Shown here in pieces: positions 1 through 13,620 of a stretch of 64,000 nucleotides of DNA. This stretch comes from Callorhinchus milii. Taxonomy: Eukaryota. Under the pieces are notes generated by a model, which made no database searches, was not told where the DNA came from, and saw only the letters and a program-made list of their open reading frames with translations. Every line of letters starts with the position of its first letter. Position 1 is the stretch's first letter. The stretch is taken from assembly GCF_018977255.1 (NCBI RefSeq), contig NW_024704742.1:83764001-83828000 (forward strand), in the 5' to 3' direction. Both the position numbers and the translations under genes were made by a program.

Positions 1-334
1 TAGAATATAGCCGGGGCTTGGTGTCCATCTTGATTAATATACAGAGAGGTACTGCATATGCAGAGCTGCTGCTGAAGCTCTGTACTTTCAACTGATGGAA
101 CCATCATTCAAACAGGTCGGAAGGTGTCTGTACTGTTAGGAATGTTAGCCAGTGCTAGGACACATTTCATGCTGTGTTCTGCTGCTCACCAATAGACTTG
201 AAAGGAGTTCCTGGTACCCGCTATCCGACTAGTGAGGGCTCAAACCTTGCTGCATATCTAAAAATCAACTGTTAACTATCCTCCTGGGCAGGGGGAGGTA
301 AGCAGGGTCTTCTAGGGAGTCAGCTGGCTCCAAG

Positions 335-820
335 GTGACATACCTGGCAATTCAATATCAGAATCAAATTGATCCTTTGTTGCAGTCCAGTTGTCTAGTT
401 CCTGAGCAAGGTTTGCCCGTAGTACTCCAGGCCATGACTCCAGGCTGGCATGTCATTGAAATTTGGAAGGGCACACCAGTTATTGGAGGCAACGACTCTT
501 TCCACTCAGCTTCTGTTGACACTGCAAGGCAACACCCTAATGAGCAGAATAGTCCTAGCTGGACAAACAGCAGGAAACTTACCAGCCAGAGAGCACTTTC
601 AATGGCAAGCTTTGCGGTTTTAGCTTGTTAGTTCCAGCAGTAACCCGAATCACACATCCCAAGCCTTGGCTCTCACCAACCTGTGCCTAATAATTTTCAG
701 AATTAGGTAAGCAGGATGCATCCCTCTAGGGAAAGAGTGTGCATTGCATCCCAGACACATAAGCATTTGCATGTGTAAATGGCCTACATATGTGGAACTC
801 AGTTTGGTTTGGATATCCTT
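335..820 (-). repeat. Unclassified ancient interspersed repeat (family X), copy 1
   Basis: Aligns by eye with 4570-5070, 13066-13620 and 45290-45705; shared motifs include ttaggtaagcagg, ccaagccttggctct and agctggacaaacagc. Strand is given relative to the 13 kb copy. Confidence 0.75.
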
Positions 821-1261
821 AAGCATGATGACGCTTGTTCCAGTGATTAATCATTTTCCATACGGATAGAATAGTCCAAGCTGAAGATATATCAATGACT
901 GCCATCCTTGTCACTGGTCCACAGATGGAAGACACACATCTGCAGAGTTCTATATATTTTGCTGTCTTTTCCTGTTGCAGTAGTCTCCGTTTTCGTATTT
1001 TTGCATGAAGAGGTAATGTGTTTTCATTTGTTTGTTTTGTCATTTTCTTCCTCCCATATCCTGCAGGTCTGTATTGTTCACCGCCCTCTTGTGTTAATGT
1101 GAACAGGACCACCCCATGGGTCCTCTGATTCCTGAAGCTTAGCATGATTCATTTGTAATGGTTCAATCCATGTGCTGTGCCTATTGGTGAGCAGCTGCAG
1201 CTCTTGAATCTGTCACTGTGTTTGTGTTTCTCCTGAAGTTTACAGTTCAACTTCACATCTG

Positions 1262-1500
1262 GGATCTAAAAGAGAATTTCGGAGGAACTACTTCACACAG
1301 AGGGTAGCGAGATTGTGGAACTCGTTGCCTGAAGTTGTGGTTGCATTAGATAATACAGATGCATTCAAGAGAAAGCTAGATCTTCAATGAGGGAGAGGGT
1401 ATGGGAGGGAGTAAGGAATGAGTGAAGACTCATTTGGAGTATAAACATCAGATCGCACTAATTGGGCTGGTTGGCCTGATTCTGTCCTGTACCTTCTTTG
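1262..1500 (+). mobile_element. CR1 LINE 3' fragment (ORF2 end and 3' UTR)
   Basis: Reads RRNYFTQRVARLWNSLPE, the typical CR1 ORF2 C-terminus; similar to 62330-62720. Confidence 0.8.
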
Positions 1501-1679
1501 TAATCTTCCTTGTAATCTAAAACTGCAACTGATCTTAGTACTTAAGTATTGCTTTTCTTCAGATGATAAACCTAAGGTAATACGCTTGCTCTATTAAGAA
1601 AAGTTACTATCAAATGTAATGCTGGAACATGGCTCCATGGGCACCAAACACCCTCCAATACTTTAACCAAGTACCACTC

Positions 1680-1940
1680 TTCATATGTGAAACTGTACAG
1701 GCTGGAGTGGGTTAAGGGGTATCACAGTCAAAATTGATCCACCAGACCATACATACCTTATTTGCAGCAGAAGTCACTGAACAGTAACCAGTAGCAGAAA
1801 CCTTGGGAAAAATTTCCTCTCCCTGATCTAAGAACACAGAGTTCAATTCTAGCACCCCCCACCATCCCCAATCTGAAATCAGATAATGCAGTACAGACCA
1901 GGAATAAAATCCTGGGGCCTTTTGGGGCTCAGTTCCATAC
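1680..1940 (-). mobile_element. Ancient SINE-like repeat (family Y), interrupted by a young SINE
   Basis: Reverse complement resembles 35370-35590 and 42440-42650; continues after 2257 (actggacaatgg). Confidence 0.55.
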
Positions 1941-2257
1941 TACTACTAATAATAATCCTTGCATTTGATATAGCGCTTTTCATGTCTTCTAGACGTCCCA
2001 AAGCGCTTCACAGAATATACTGTAAAGTGAATTGACTGTATATTTGTGGGCGAATGCGGCAGCCAATCATGCACAGCAATGTCCCACAAACAGTCGTAGA
2101 TTGAAAATGACCAATTTATTATTGTTTTGTTTTGGAGGGATTATTATTAGGCGTGTGGAGTAAGGAAACTTGCCCAAGGTTTCGCCCTCTGCCTGGAATT
2201 GAACTCAGGTCTCTCGCTTGCAAAGCGAGTGCTCTAACCACTGAGCTACAGGACTCC
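1941..2257 (-). mobile_element. Young tRNA(Ala)-derived SINE, short variant C
   Basis: A box TAGCTCAGTGG, B box, L2-type 3' hairpin and (TTA)n tail; tccatact flanks both ends (TSD); nearly identical to 49937-50263. Confidence 0.95.
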
Positions 2258-2886
2258 ATACTGGACAATGGTTTTGTCAACAAACCATCTGAGGGTTTTT
2301 AATAATATCGTGATTGGTTTAGTACATCCCAAGCCCATCTAATCCATCCTCTCTGGATCAACTTGTAGTGACAGACTGTGACACAGTCGTGTCTGTCACT
2401 GTATTACACGATACCTGGGAACAGAGTATCTGGAGTGGGGCATAGTCATACAGCTGGAGTCCAATCAGCTGACTCACGTTCAAAATGGTGACAGCCCGCA
2501 AATTATTGGTGGTAGAACTGTAACATAAGTACCTCTTCCCACTCAGTACCAATTAAAGCATATGGCTCCCTCCGCAGCTTCTGCAAACAGATGCAACAAG
2601 CAAATAACCTGATTTATTGTCCAACAGACAGGATTCGTTCGAAACTCTAATTATAATATTTAAAAAGCATTGTCAGTGCTTCATGGTACAATTTTATTAC
2701 AGAGCACCTAATCTATAAAAGGGGCTTAGATTTTTTTNAAACACAGACGAATATTAAAGTATGTGAAATTTGCTTACGGAATTGTACAGTCATTACACTT
2801 TACAGTACATCCTACGAAGCGTTTTGAGATGGCCTCCTGACGTGAAAGACACAATATCAAATATAAGGGTTATTATTATTATTATT

Positions 2887-3080
2887 GATGTGGAATGCAC
2901 TGCTGGGATCGATGGTTTAGACAAGGTCCATATAAGCTTTCAAGCGGGAACTAGGTAGATATCAAAACAGGAGTAATTAGCAGGAGTATGGTGAAAAAGC
3001 AGGTAAACGCGACTGAATGATTGCTCTTTCAAAGAGCCAGCACAAACATAATGGGCCGAGTGGCCTTCTTGTGTTTTGTA
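2887..3080 (+). mobile_element. CR1 3' end fragment, preceded by a SINE tail (2785-2886)
   Basis: gatgtggaatgcactg ... ttgctctttcaaagagccagcac ... atgggccgagtggcct is a CR1-type 3' terminus. Confidence 0.65.
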
Positions 3081-3814
3081 AATGTCTACAGTTCTATAGT
3101 ATTGTCATTTGAAACTGTGAAATTTCATTGTCCTAATAATAGCTACAAAGCAAACGTAAATACAGAATCTAATTATCTTGGAAACAAAAACACACCATTT
3201 TCTCACTAAAGAATTAATGCAGGTGAGACAAGTGGGCTTTCTTTCCAATAATAAGATGTACAACATCCTCATAAATTATTTTAGATTTGATGGAAGACAA
3301 TCTTTAAAATTAAATACACTTTAGTTTATTTGTGAAAGCCAATAAGTAGTCACTGTGGTTTGGCATGACTACAGGAGAGAAATCCACATGGTGCACTTTG
3401 GTATGTATTGCTGTTATTTAATAAGAGGAAAAATTCATAGTATTTTGCCAAACATTTTTCCAATCCAATTGCCAAAGTAAAAAGGAGAACTGCCTTTTTG
3501 TTTTAGCCAAATGGCACCGTCTTTTTTTACAAAAAGTCTAAATTTAAATATGTCTTAACCTGAGTCTAATTGCCTAAGCTGCCTTCCGTTCCATCATCGG
3601 TGGCCGCACTTTCAGCCACTATGCCCCCAAACTCTGGAATACTCTCTCTCAATCTCTCTGCCTTGCCTCCCATCCCCCTATTTATTTCTAAACAAAGAAA
3701 AAATAGATAATTTATATTTATGTAGCATTTTTAGAGCATTCCAAATTTGGCAAATTCTGAAGCACAGCCTTAACTTTCAAGCGGCTTTTAATATACTAAA
3801 TACAAAAATACAAT

Positions 3815-4170
3815 AATATTCCTGAAGTACCATTTTATCATGTCATCAAATCACTTCAAAGTGCTTCACCAGATATTCACACTTCACAGTACATTTAGTT
3901 ACTGTGCATTTTATTGGCAACCAATTTGCATACGATAATGTCCCACAAACAGCCATGAAGTAAATGATCAATTTTATTTAGGGGATTGTTGGCCAGAACA
4001 CTGGGAAAAACTCCCTTCTCTTTTCAAATAGCGCCAGGGGATCTTCACCTGAACAAACAGACCAGGCCTCGTATTAACGTCTTATATGAAGGACTGCACC
4101 TCCAATAATGCAGCAAATCCCCAGCACTGTATTGGAGTATCAGTCTACACTGAGCTCAAAGTCCTGATGT
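3815..4170 (-). mobile_element. Old Deu-domain SINE (variant A, SacSINE1-like), partial
   Basis: Reverse complement matches the body of 36687-37100. Confidence 0.75.
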
Positions 4171-4569
4171 GGAAAAGAAGCACCTTCCCTATCAATGTGT
4201 GTTTACAGAGAGTTATACAGTAATCTACCAGTGCCATTCCTTCAGCTAGGGGCACAATTAACAGGTCAAGCAAAGCACAACCAAGGAAATATTAAGAACA
4301 CACACCAGAAATCTTAGGAAGGTGTCCCCTATCATTGTGTCTACAGTAAATGGTCAACTAACCAAATGAAAGTAAACAAAGGCTATGAAAAAGGCAGGAA
4401 AAACTGAACAGGTGTCAGTAAGATATATCCATTCTAAAAGGATTACACATATTGCATAGTTCAAGAGAATGACTGGGCAAGTAATATTTTATGGCTCCAA
4501 TCTCTGTTTCTAGTGACTATAGTGGAGTGTGGCGGGAGATAACTGGCACTCGTAAGCGCGGTACAAGGT

Positions 4570-5070
4570 AATGTGCTTGACAATAGAATGTCTAATCAGA
4601 ATCTATTCAATCCTCTGTGGTGGTCTCAGTAGTACTGAGGGTCAGCAATGCTCCAGGGCACTGCTGATGACAACCCAGCCAACCTGGCCCATAGCAAGAC
4701 TTGGAGGGGCAGGTCAGTCATTGGGGGTAGGGATTCTTCCCACACAATTCCTGTTAACGATGGAAACCAAAGACCTAATGGGTAGGGTAGGCCGAGCTGG
4801 ACAAACAGCGGGAAGCTTGCCAGGTAATGTTTTCATTGGAAAGCTATGCCTTTTTAGCAGTTTAAACTCCAGCATGACCCCAACATATACTCTGGGGTAC
4901 CCAAGCCTTGGCTCTTGCCAATCTGTGCCTAATACTCTCCAGATTTAGGTAAGCAGGATGTATCACTCCAGAGAGAGGGTGCGCATTCCATTCCAGACAC
5001 TGCAATATTGCCATGTGTACAAATTTGGAAATCTCAGTATTTGCTTGTGTCAGACACCCAGTTTACCAAA
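4570..5070 (-). repeat. Unclassified ancient repeat family X, copy 2
   Basis: Reverse complement shares actgagaccaccacagagg and tacccattaggtc with 13400-13580. Confidence 0.8.
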
Positions 5071-5307
5071 TAAAAACTATGGTACATGTTCTGTTTGGCG
5101 TGACAGCTTTTTAAATACTTGCATACAAGGATGAGCAGAATTAATTATCCTAGAATGTTCCTATTTACAGATGATCTCTATACGCCTGGCCCACCCTCTC
5201 TCATCCTCCCCATCTGTGACATTCCAACCACAACACTCACCCCTGCTGTTGGGCTGAAAACCTCTTTGGTTACTTGTCCAACAAGGACTGCGTAAAAGGC
5301 TGCCAAG

Positions 5308-5678
5308 TGGAGACCTGTAGCATATTGGTTACAGCACTCATCTCGCAAGCGAGAGGATCTGGGTTTCATTCCCGGGCAGGGTGGAACCTAAAGCAAGTTT
5401 CCTTGCTCCACACGCCTTTGTTTCCCAGCAGTAAGTAGGAACCTGATTGTTAGTCGAATGGCAGATCGCTTTTTCAGGGGTAATAATTCCTTTAAAAAAA
5501 TGTAATATTGGTCACTCAATCCACGACTGTTTGTGGGACACTACTGTGCGCAATTAGCTGCTGCGTGTCTCCCACAAAATATAGTCAATTTACTTTACAA
5601 TATATTCCGTGAAGCTCTTTGAGATGTGTTGAAGATTTGATAAGGCACTATATCAAATGCAAGGATTATTATTATTAT
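5308..5678 (+). mobile_element. tRNA-derived SINE, variant B (with middle segment)
   Basis: tRNA head, cagcagtaagtaggaacc middle segment, shared 3' region and (TTA)n tail. Confidence 0.9.
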
Positions 5679-6530
5679 CAATAGCAGCAATGAATACTCT
5701 ACTCATCTATGATCATCATCGCCCGAGCTCCCAGAGAAATTCGGCTGGAAAATGGTTAACAAGAAATCAGCAACAAGCATGCGATATGTACAATAGTCAA
5801 AGAAACCTTTAAGTGTTCTAAGCTTCTTTTCAAACAATGCAGGGAATGATATTATGTGAAAAGTAATGAATCTTTAGAACTTTTGGTTCCCTACCAAACA
5901 CCAAGGCTGTAAATCAACTGCACCAATTTTTTTTCAATCACTTGTTGCAACTCATTTGTTACATCCTATGAAAACCTTGACCTTTGCCTGTCGTTAAAAT
6001 CACTAATGCCAGCTCTGGCCTGGCACCAGTAACCCCCTTGTCTTTGTGAACTTTTCAGCTGTGGACAGCACCAACATTTTCTCTTAATGGCTTCTAACAA
6101 GGCTTTAATCCAAGTACTCCCACTGGCAACTTTGATGTCAACACTGGAGCTCAATTTGTAGTATTTCTTAACAGCTTTCTTTGCAAGAAATGTGTAATTA
6201 TTAAGTTATAAAGCTTCAAATGCAATGATTATTGCATTTACCTTTAAAATACACAGTCACTACAACACTACACTTTACAGTAAAGCCTGTGAGTCATTCT
6301 CCTGACTTGAATGTATTCTATAGGCAAACGCAATTGTGTCAATTGGAATAATGATGATGATAATGATTATTATTATATTATTAAATGTGCTAAAGAATGC
6401 CAGTTTAGAAATGCTGCAAATTAATTTCCCACCAATGAGATTTGCTTGCTTCACCTTCTGCCCATGCCAACCCAAATATTCAGTCCCTATTAACTCAACA
6501 ATTCCTCCCCACAATAGCGCTCACTTTTAA

Positions 6531-6825
6531 TAATAATAACAATCCTTGCATTTGATATAGCGCCGTGTCACATCTTCGAGATGACTCAAAGCGCTTTACA
6601 GAATATACTTTTGGTTCCCTACCAAACACTAAGGCTGCAAATCAACCAGGCCAATATACTGTAAAGTGAATTGACTGTATATTTTGTGGGTGAAACGCGG
6701 CAGCCAATTGCACAAACAGTCATGGAATGAGTGACAACATTGTTTTAAATTTTAAAAGTTCTGCTAGGTGAACAGAGGCATGTGGAGTAAGGAAACTTGT
6801 CCAATGTTTCGCCCTGCCCGGGAAT
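6531..6825 (-). mobile_element. tRNA-derived SINE, 5'-truncated, with a templated insertion at 6610-6652
   Basis: SINE tail and body; the insert copies 5882-5924. Confidence 0.85.
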
Positions 6826-9168
6826 CATTACTTTGAACAAACCTTCCTTCATTCTTTAGCTCTTTTTTAATTTGATGACTAGGGTAAATTTGCTTTTGGT
6901 TTTTTTTACCCACATGAATTTACTCTTAACAGATGAGGGATCTCTGCATTGGAACCACATTCTACATTTTGTATCAACCATTCTCTAGTGAGAAACAGTG
7001 TGTTTCATTTAATGTGTAAAGCTTCTTCTGATCTGCTCCATTAATGTGATTTCACCCCACCTTCAAAAAAGCATCCCTCGCTTTTCCATTTTTTGCAACA
7101 GTGGCTCAAAGGTCTTATGTCTTAAAATGTAATATCAATCAAAATTGTGGAAAATTATTGAATTCGGTTTGATTTTCAAAGGCAGTTTTCCACAGTTCTT
7201 AAAAAGGTTCCAAATTAAGACTCAATTTTCCACAATTCTGCATGATCTTAAATTTATTCCAAAATTGTTTAACAGACTAAGAAGAGGTGGAATTTCAAGC
7301 TCCAGCATCTTGGTAGCTAAATTGAGAGGGCTAAATAGTGTCAATAATGAGTAGCTTTCCACAATAGATTGCTGCCTAGGAACTGGATTGAATGTGCCAA
7401 AACCCATTTTATTTCAACCTCTCACAGTCATTAAAGAAGCCAAAATTATATTGTCAGTCTGGATTGGAATCGAATCCCAGTGGTGAAATTGAAGCATTCA
7501 AACCCATCTTCCATTTTGTCTTATAATGGCAATACTGCAACATCCAAAGGTTCTTAACTTTTCCCTAAATATCTGGCCTTTTTGTGTAGTGTAGTACAGT
7601 GTAATATAGGAGTTTTTTCTCCTGCCTCTTGTCGATGGTGTAGTAAATTAGTGAAACCTCTATAGAAGAAATGCAAAACAAGGCAACAGGAAGATTCCTC
7701 ACTGCTAGTGAAGCAATCCTCATTCAAATGAAAATAGACTCCATATATGGAATGGTTAGAAAGTAGGTCATTTGTTGTAAAGGGAAGGTGTGTGTTACAT
7801 AGTGGGATTGTATTATGGTATCTGGAAGAAAACTATGAGGCTTTGATTACTATTCCTGCGTTCTATGACCAGACAATTTCCACTGTTTATATCTCCAAAG
7901 GAATGAAAATAATTTTTATTACACGTACAAGCAGTTTTGTCTCTCTGGTTGCTTAATGAGTAAATACATTGTGTGGCATATTACTAGGCTATACAAAACA
8001 ACTTCTTTCTGTACTGAGTTAGCTGATTCCCCAAGGAATAATGGTAGGCATGCTGCAGATGCCCCAGGTGAGTTCCTAAGTTAGGGAAGGAAAAGAGAAA
8101 AACACAACTAAGATTTTTTTCCCTGTTTGCCTTTGCACTCTTTACAAAACCGGCAAACTTATACCAAATATTCTGTGTAGTAGTGATTGTTACACAGTAA
8201 GAAAACAATGGGAGCTTCAACTTTCTGTGATGTCTTGAACGTATTCCAAAACATTTTAAGTCATAAAGATACTGAGATCTGTGTATATTGCTGATATTCA
8301 GCGATCTTTTGGTTATGTATTTATAACGGCCTGTGCAATATCAGTGATCAGTGGGTTTCAAACCACATTATATTCACTTGATGGAAAATGATGGTTCCAT
8401 ACATGAGATACAAGATTCACATTTTTGGAAGCAGAGATAACTGGTGCCACAATCAAATAGTTTTTTCCTCTCTAGTGGAAATTTATGATAGTTTAACAAA
8501 TGATTCTGCTTTAAAGGGCAAGGTAATTGTAGGGCAAGCTGCTTTAAATGTAACATACTCTGTATAGGAATTCTTTCATTCCCACTTCTTGCTTTGGAGA
8601 GGATTGCTCCACTAAATGAAGACCAATGGACCAGCACTTTGCTAAGATGGATGCACTCTACTGATATCAGACAGGAGCTCCCCATGGAGTGCATGAATTA
8701 GGAGCGATTCAGCTTCATACCAGCTGTAGCCCAATCAGAGGACAATATGAGGATGTGCAGAGGACTCTAACTGATGCCTCAGGAATTCCAGTCAACTATT
8801 AATATCATAAGAAAATAAAACACTGTGCCAAAAACAGAATGATTAGTGGAATATGCTAGCTTTGCTACAAATTCAAACAATGTTGGTTGATTTTGAGCAT
8901 GTTGCCTTAGGACCATTTAAAGAATCATATGGCACAGAAGGAGGCCATTTGGCCCATTGAGCTTGTGTTGACAATTTGAAAGAACTATCTAATGAGTCCC
9001 ACTCTTCCACTCTAGCTATCCAACTAGTCCTACTCAGCCGCTATACTTACCATTATCGGGTAGGTATATCGACACCTCCACAAAAATGCCACAGTGTTTG
9101 GTCTTGACTGCAATTGAAGACATTGCATTTGATATTGTTGCTGTGGGCTCTGCTATGCTCCTTGTCAA

Positions 9169-11125
9169 ACAACAATAACAACTTGGATTTATATAGCACC
9201 CTCCACACCGGACTCCTCCTCGTCCACCCAAGTCCTCCGCTCCACCCTTGGCAGCCGTGCCTTCACCCACTATGCCCCCAGAGTTTTGGCATCTCAGAGC
9301 GCTTCACAGTAATGAATCCCGGGGCCGAGCCAGGGGGAGGGGGAGGAAGGTGACCAAAGGTGCGGTCGAAAAGAAAGGACTTCAGTAGGGACCTGAAAGT
9401 AGGAAGAGAGGGAGCGAGGCAAAGGGAGTGAGGAAGGGAATTCCAGAGCCTTGGAGCATAGTGGCTGAAGGCACAGCTGCCAAGGGTGGCGCGGAGAACT
9501 CAGGGGGACGAGGAGGAGGCCAGACCCAGAGGAACGAAGGAAACGGGTACTGTTTTGAGGAGAGAGGTCAGAGAGGTAGGGGGGTGCAGAGGAGTGGAAG
9601 GATTTGAATACAAGGGTGAGGATCTTGAAATCAATCCTCTTTGGAATAGGCAGCCAGTGCAGTCTAGCAAGGACTGGGGCAATTGGGGAGCAGAGTTTGG
9701 TGCGGGTGAGAATGCGGGCGGCAGAGTTTTGGATGATTTGGATTTTATGGATGGTGGTAGATAGGAGACTGGTGAGGAGGGCATTAGAGTAGTCCAGCTG
9801 AGAGGTGATAAAGGCATGGACTAGGGTTTCAGCAGCCTTCGGAGAGAGGTATTTGCAGAGACTGGCGATGCGTCGGAGGTGGAAGAAGCGGTGCTGGTGA
9901 GGGACTGGATGTGGGGGAAGGAAGGACAATTGGGGGTCGAACCTGACACCAAGGTTGAGTACGGATTCGGAGAGTTTTAGGGGGAGGTCGGGTAGGTGGA
10001 GGAGGTGAGAGCCGTGGGATTTGAGACATTGACAAGACCCAAAGAGTGTGGCTTCCGTCTTGTCGACGTTCAGATGAAGGAAATTTGCGCTCATCCAGCC
10101 TCTGAGATCTGACAGGCAGACTGACAGAACATCAGGGGACTGGGGGTCGCAAAGAGAGGTGGAGAAATAGAGTTGGGTGTCGTCCACGTACATGTGGAAA
10201 ATGTACCCCAATTCTGCGGATGATATCCCCAAGAGGGAGCATGTAGATCAGAAAGAGGAGGGGGCCAAAGATGGATCCTTGGGGGACCAGGTAACCGGGT
10301 GTGAGCGGGAGGAGAAACCGTTTGTGCAGATGTGCTGCTGGCAGTTTGTGAGGTAGGACTCGAACCAGGCGAGTGCGGTCCCACTGAGGTGGATGACAGA
10401 GGAAAGGCGGTGGAGGATGATGGCGTGGTCGACTGTGTCGAATGCCGCAGAGAGGTCCAGGAGGACAAGGAGGCAGAGGGAGCCCTGGTCACAGATAGAG
10501 AGGATGTCGTTTGAGACTTTCACAAGCGCAGTCTCTGTACTGTGGGCAGGGCGGAAACCGGACTGGAGAGGTTCGAAGAGGGAGTGGGAGGAGAGGTGTG
10601 CGCGAAGTTGATTGGCAACAACGCGTTCTCGGACTTTAGGGAGGAAGGGCAGCTTAGAAATAGGGCGGTAATGGCTGGGGTTTGAGGGATCTAGGGAAGG
10701 TTTTTTGAGGAGGGGAGTGATGACAGCAGTTTTGAGGGAGGCAGGGACTGATCCGGAGGAGAGGGACTGGTTGATGACGTCAGCCAGTAGTGGACAGAGG
10801 AGGGGGAGCTGGGTGACCAGCAAGTTGGTGGGGAGGGGGTCAAGGCAGCAGGTGGTGGGTTTCACGGAGGTGATGGTGGGTGAGAGGGAGGAGGGAGAGA
10901 TGGGGAGGAAGGAATGTAGGATGGGTGGGTGGGTGGTAGGAGCAGATGATGGGGAGAGTGAGGGGACAGAGAGGGCGTGGTGGTGGGTGACAAGAGGCAG
11001 TTGGATGAGGCTGCCTGGCGGATTTTGTGAATTTTAGATGGGAAGAAGTCCATCACCTCCTCGCACTTGACATTGAATATGAAGATTGAGGAGGCCTGAG
11101 GGGGGGCACGGAGGAGGTGCTTAAC
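9169..11125 (-). mobile_element. L2 LINE family a, 5'-truncated, frameshifted ORF2 (reverse transcriptase)
   Basis: Minus-strand ORFs contain YRPISKLPFL, QSGFRPAHSTETAL, LLDLSAAFDTVDH, HMYVDDTQLY and LHWLPI; (TTG)n tail at 9169-9182. Confidence 0.95.
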
Positions 11126-13065
11126 AAGTGCTTAATCCTCCCAAAGTGCAGGTTCCAGTGGCCTCACAGACAAAATCTGAAGGGACGAGCTGAGCCCGTT
11201 ATTCATGAGAAAGTTTGAGGTCATACTGGACATGGTTGAGGAAAACAAAAGTAGTTTGTTAAGCCTTAGGAATAGGTTGGCAGTGAGTGCACCATGCCAT
11301 ATGTCAAAAATATAGCTAAGCCTGCTTTAGTCATCCCTATTCTACATGAGAAATCCTTCCATCAACCAAATCAAACACACTACAGCATTTTATACACAAT
11401 AATGTCTTTAGCTGAGAGAGTCTGTCAGTCAAGCTCCACCTGGACAGTAGATAGAGTTAACTTTTACAGTTTACAACTGACTGCCGCGTTTCACCCACAA
11501 AATACACAGTCAATCGGCTTTATGATATATTCTGCGAAGCACCTTGAGACGACTCAACGACAGGACAAGGTGCTATATCAAATGCAAGGATTATTATTAT
11601 TATCATTTTATTACTTTCCTTCAAACCCCCATAGCATCACGACTTTCCATTCATCTACTGTAGTTATTTAATTATTTTCTTAGCCCCCATGCACAATCAA
11701 GAACTGAGGTTTTGTCTTTGTAGCTTGCTGATGGGTCTCGTTCACAGTTTGCTCCCCCCACAGACTTATTCCTGGTAATAGGCTTGAGATTTCTCTCAGC
11801 CCTTCTGAGTATCATTTCCTATCATTTTAATACTTATCTTCTATAATATGTACCTATAATGTCTTGTATCCTTAAAAGAGTGACATCATGAAAGTCAGTT
11901 TGACAAACCTTTAGTTCTTTGCAAATGCATTTATACATGGTATTATAGAAACATAGACATGTTCAACACAGGAGGCCTTTGTGCTATTACTCCTTATATT
12001 ACTACCTAAATCACCCCATCTTTATTAATCCCACTTTCGAGCTCCTTCCCTACATCTCTCAATATCAATCTGCATGATCCATGATTGTTCTGGCTCTTCT
12101 CCCTCTTCGGACACAACAAAGAAAGAGATTTACCACTTTTCCATGAAGAATCTGTAGAAAAAAAACCTAGAGTATCAGATTGAGAAGGAACTGAGAAGAA
12201 ATAATTACTCACTAAACATGTAGCATTTGTCAACTAAATTTTTGAACTGTTTCACTTTGCTTTAATTTTTGAATTAATTCAGGAACATTTGGGAGCTTAA
12301 ACCCCTTCCGCTCCCCTACTAATCAAATTTCTTCAATTAATAAATCATAATACAGTACTTTGATTTGATGTAGCTCCTATTTTTTTTTAAAAGTCTCAAA
12401 ATGCTTTGCACAGTTTGTTGCTTTGACATATGGTAAACTGTGCCAGCAAAGTCCCACAACTGGAAATGAGAGTTTCATGCCTCAAAGAGCACAGTGCTGA
12501 ACACCGAGGAGGGCAATAGAGAATTTTAATGAAGTTGATAGATCTGAAGTAAATATGTTTTTAGGAGATTTTTGACAGCAGAGAGAGAAGCAGAAAAGCA
12601 AAGTAGATTTGCAACACTGAAAAACTAGGAATATATTATCTGCAGTGGGTGATCTTATCATTTTACGTGATTTTTTTTTAAAAAAGGTTGGTGTAACTTT
12701 CAGTAATACTCTCCTTCATAGTGCTTTGTACCATTATACAATGACAGAGATGTAAAATAGGAATAAGCATTAGCAATAGGTGTGGTTTTTCTTCATAACT
12801 GTCTTTTGTTTGAGGGAATCCTGATGGAGAACATTTAGAATAGATACAAGTGGTTGGTTAACACCCTACTTATTGAGATGTAATGGCTAAGAATCTGCAT
12901 AAAGAAATCTTCAATGTTATTCAAAAGAAATAATAATAATAATTATTGCATTTGATATAGCGCCTTTCATGTCAGTTGTCTCAAAGAGCTTCAGAGGATT
13001 TATTGTAAGGTGGTTCCTGGTGATCTAGTGGGATATAAGAATGTAACCTCTGATTAAGATACTTT

Positions 13066-13620
13066 TTTTTGGTCAGTCTGATGTCTGACACATGCAAAAA
13101 CTCATCACTATGATAAAGATTATTCAAACCAGGCAGAGAGTTCCACATATATGCCACCTCTCCCTGGAGAGACACACCCTACTTATTAAATTTCAGAGGG
13201 ACAAGTTGGCAAAAGCCAAGGCTTGCGGGCTTCCAGAGTGTATGGTGGAGGTACGTTGGGAGTTTACAACAACAATATGCAATTATATAGTGCACTTCAT
13301 GTGAGGTAGCGCCTTGGAGCGCTTAACAATAGTGTAGTTTGACCATCTAAAACCACATAGTCTGGCAAGGTTCCTGCTGTTCATCCAGATAGGATAACCT
13401 TACCCATTAGGTCATATGCTTGCAGGGTTAATAAGAGCTGAGCTGAAGAGTCCCTACCCTTCTTACTGGTCTGATCCTCCATGTCCTCTGACGAGCCAGA
13501 CTTGCTGGCCTGCCATTAGTACTGCAGCGTTGCAGACCTGCCTGGCTCAAGGAACGGACCACTGAGACCACCACAGAGGGTTAACCTGATTCTGATATTC
13601 ATTGCTAAACACATCACCAG
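13066..13620 (+). repeat. Unclassified ancient repeat family X, copy 3, interrupted by an L2 3' tip at about 13265-13330
   Basis: Collinear with the reverse complement of 4570-5070. Confidence 0.75.

Noticed and set aside
908..1102. Hydrophobic ORF with a possible 54-nt intron (1013-1066)
   Set aside because: The intron is unusually short, T-rich DNA explains the hydrophobicity, and no homology is recognised.
2738..2738. Single n base
   Set aside because: Assembly ambiguity or a collapsed gap; not biological, but adjacency across it is uncertain.
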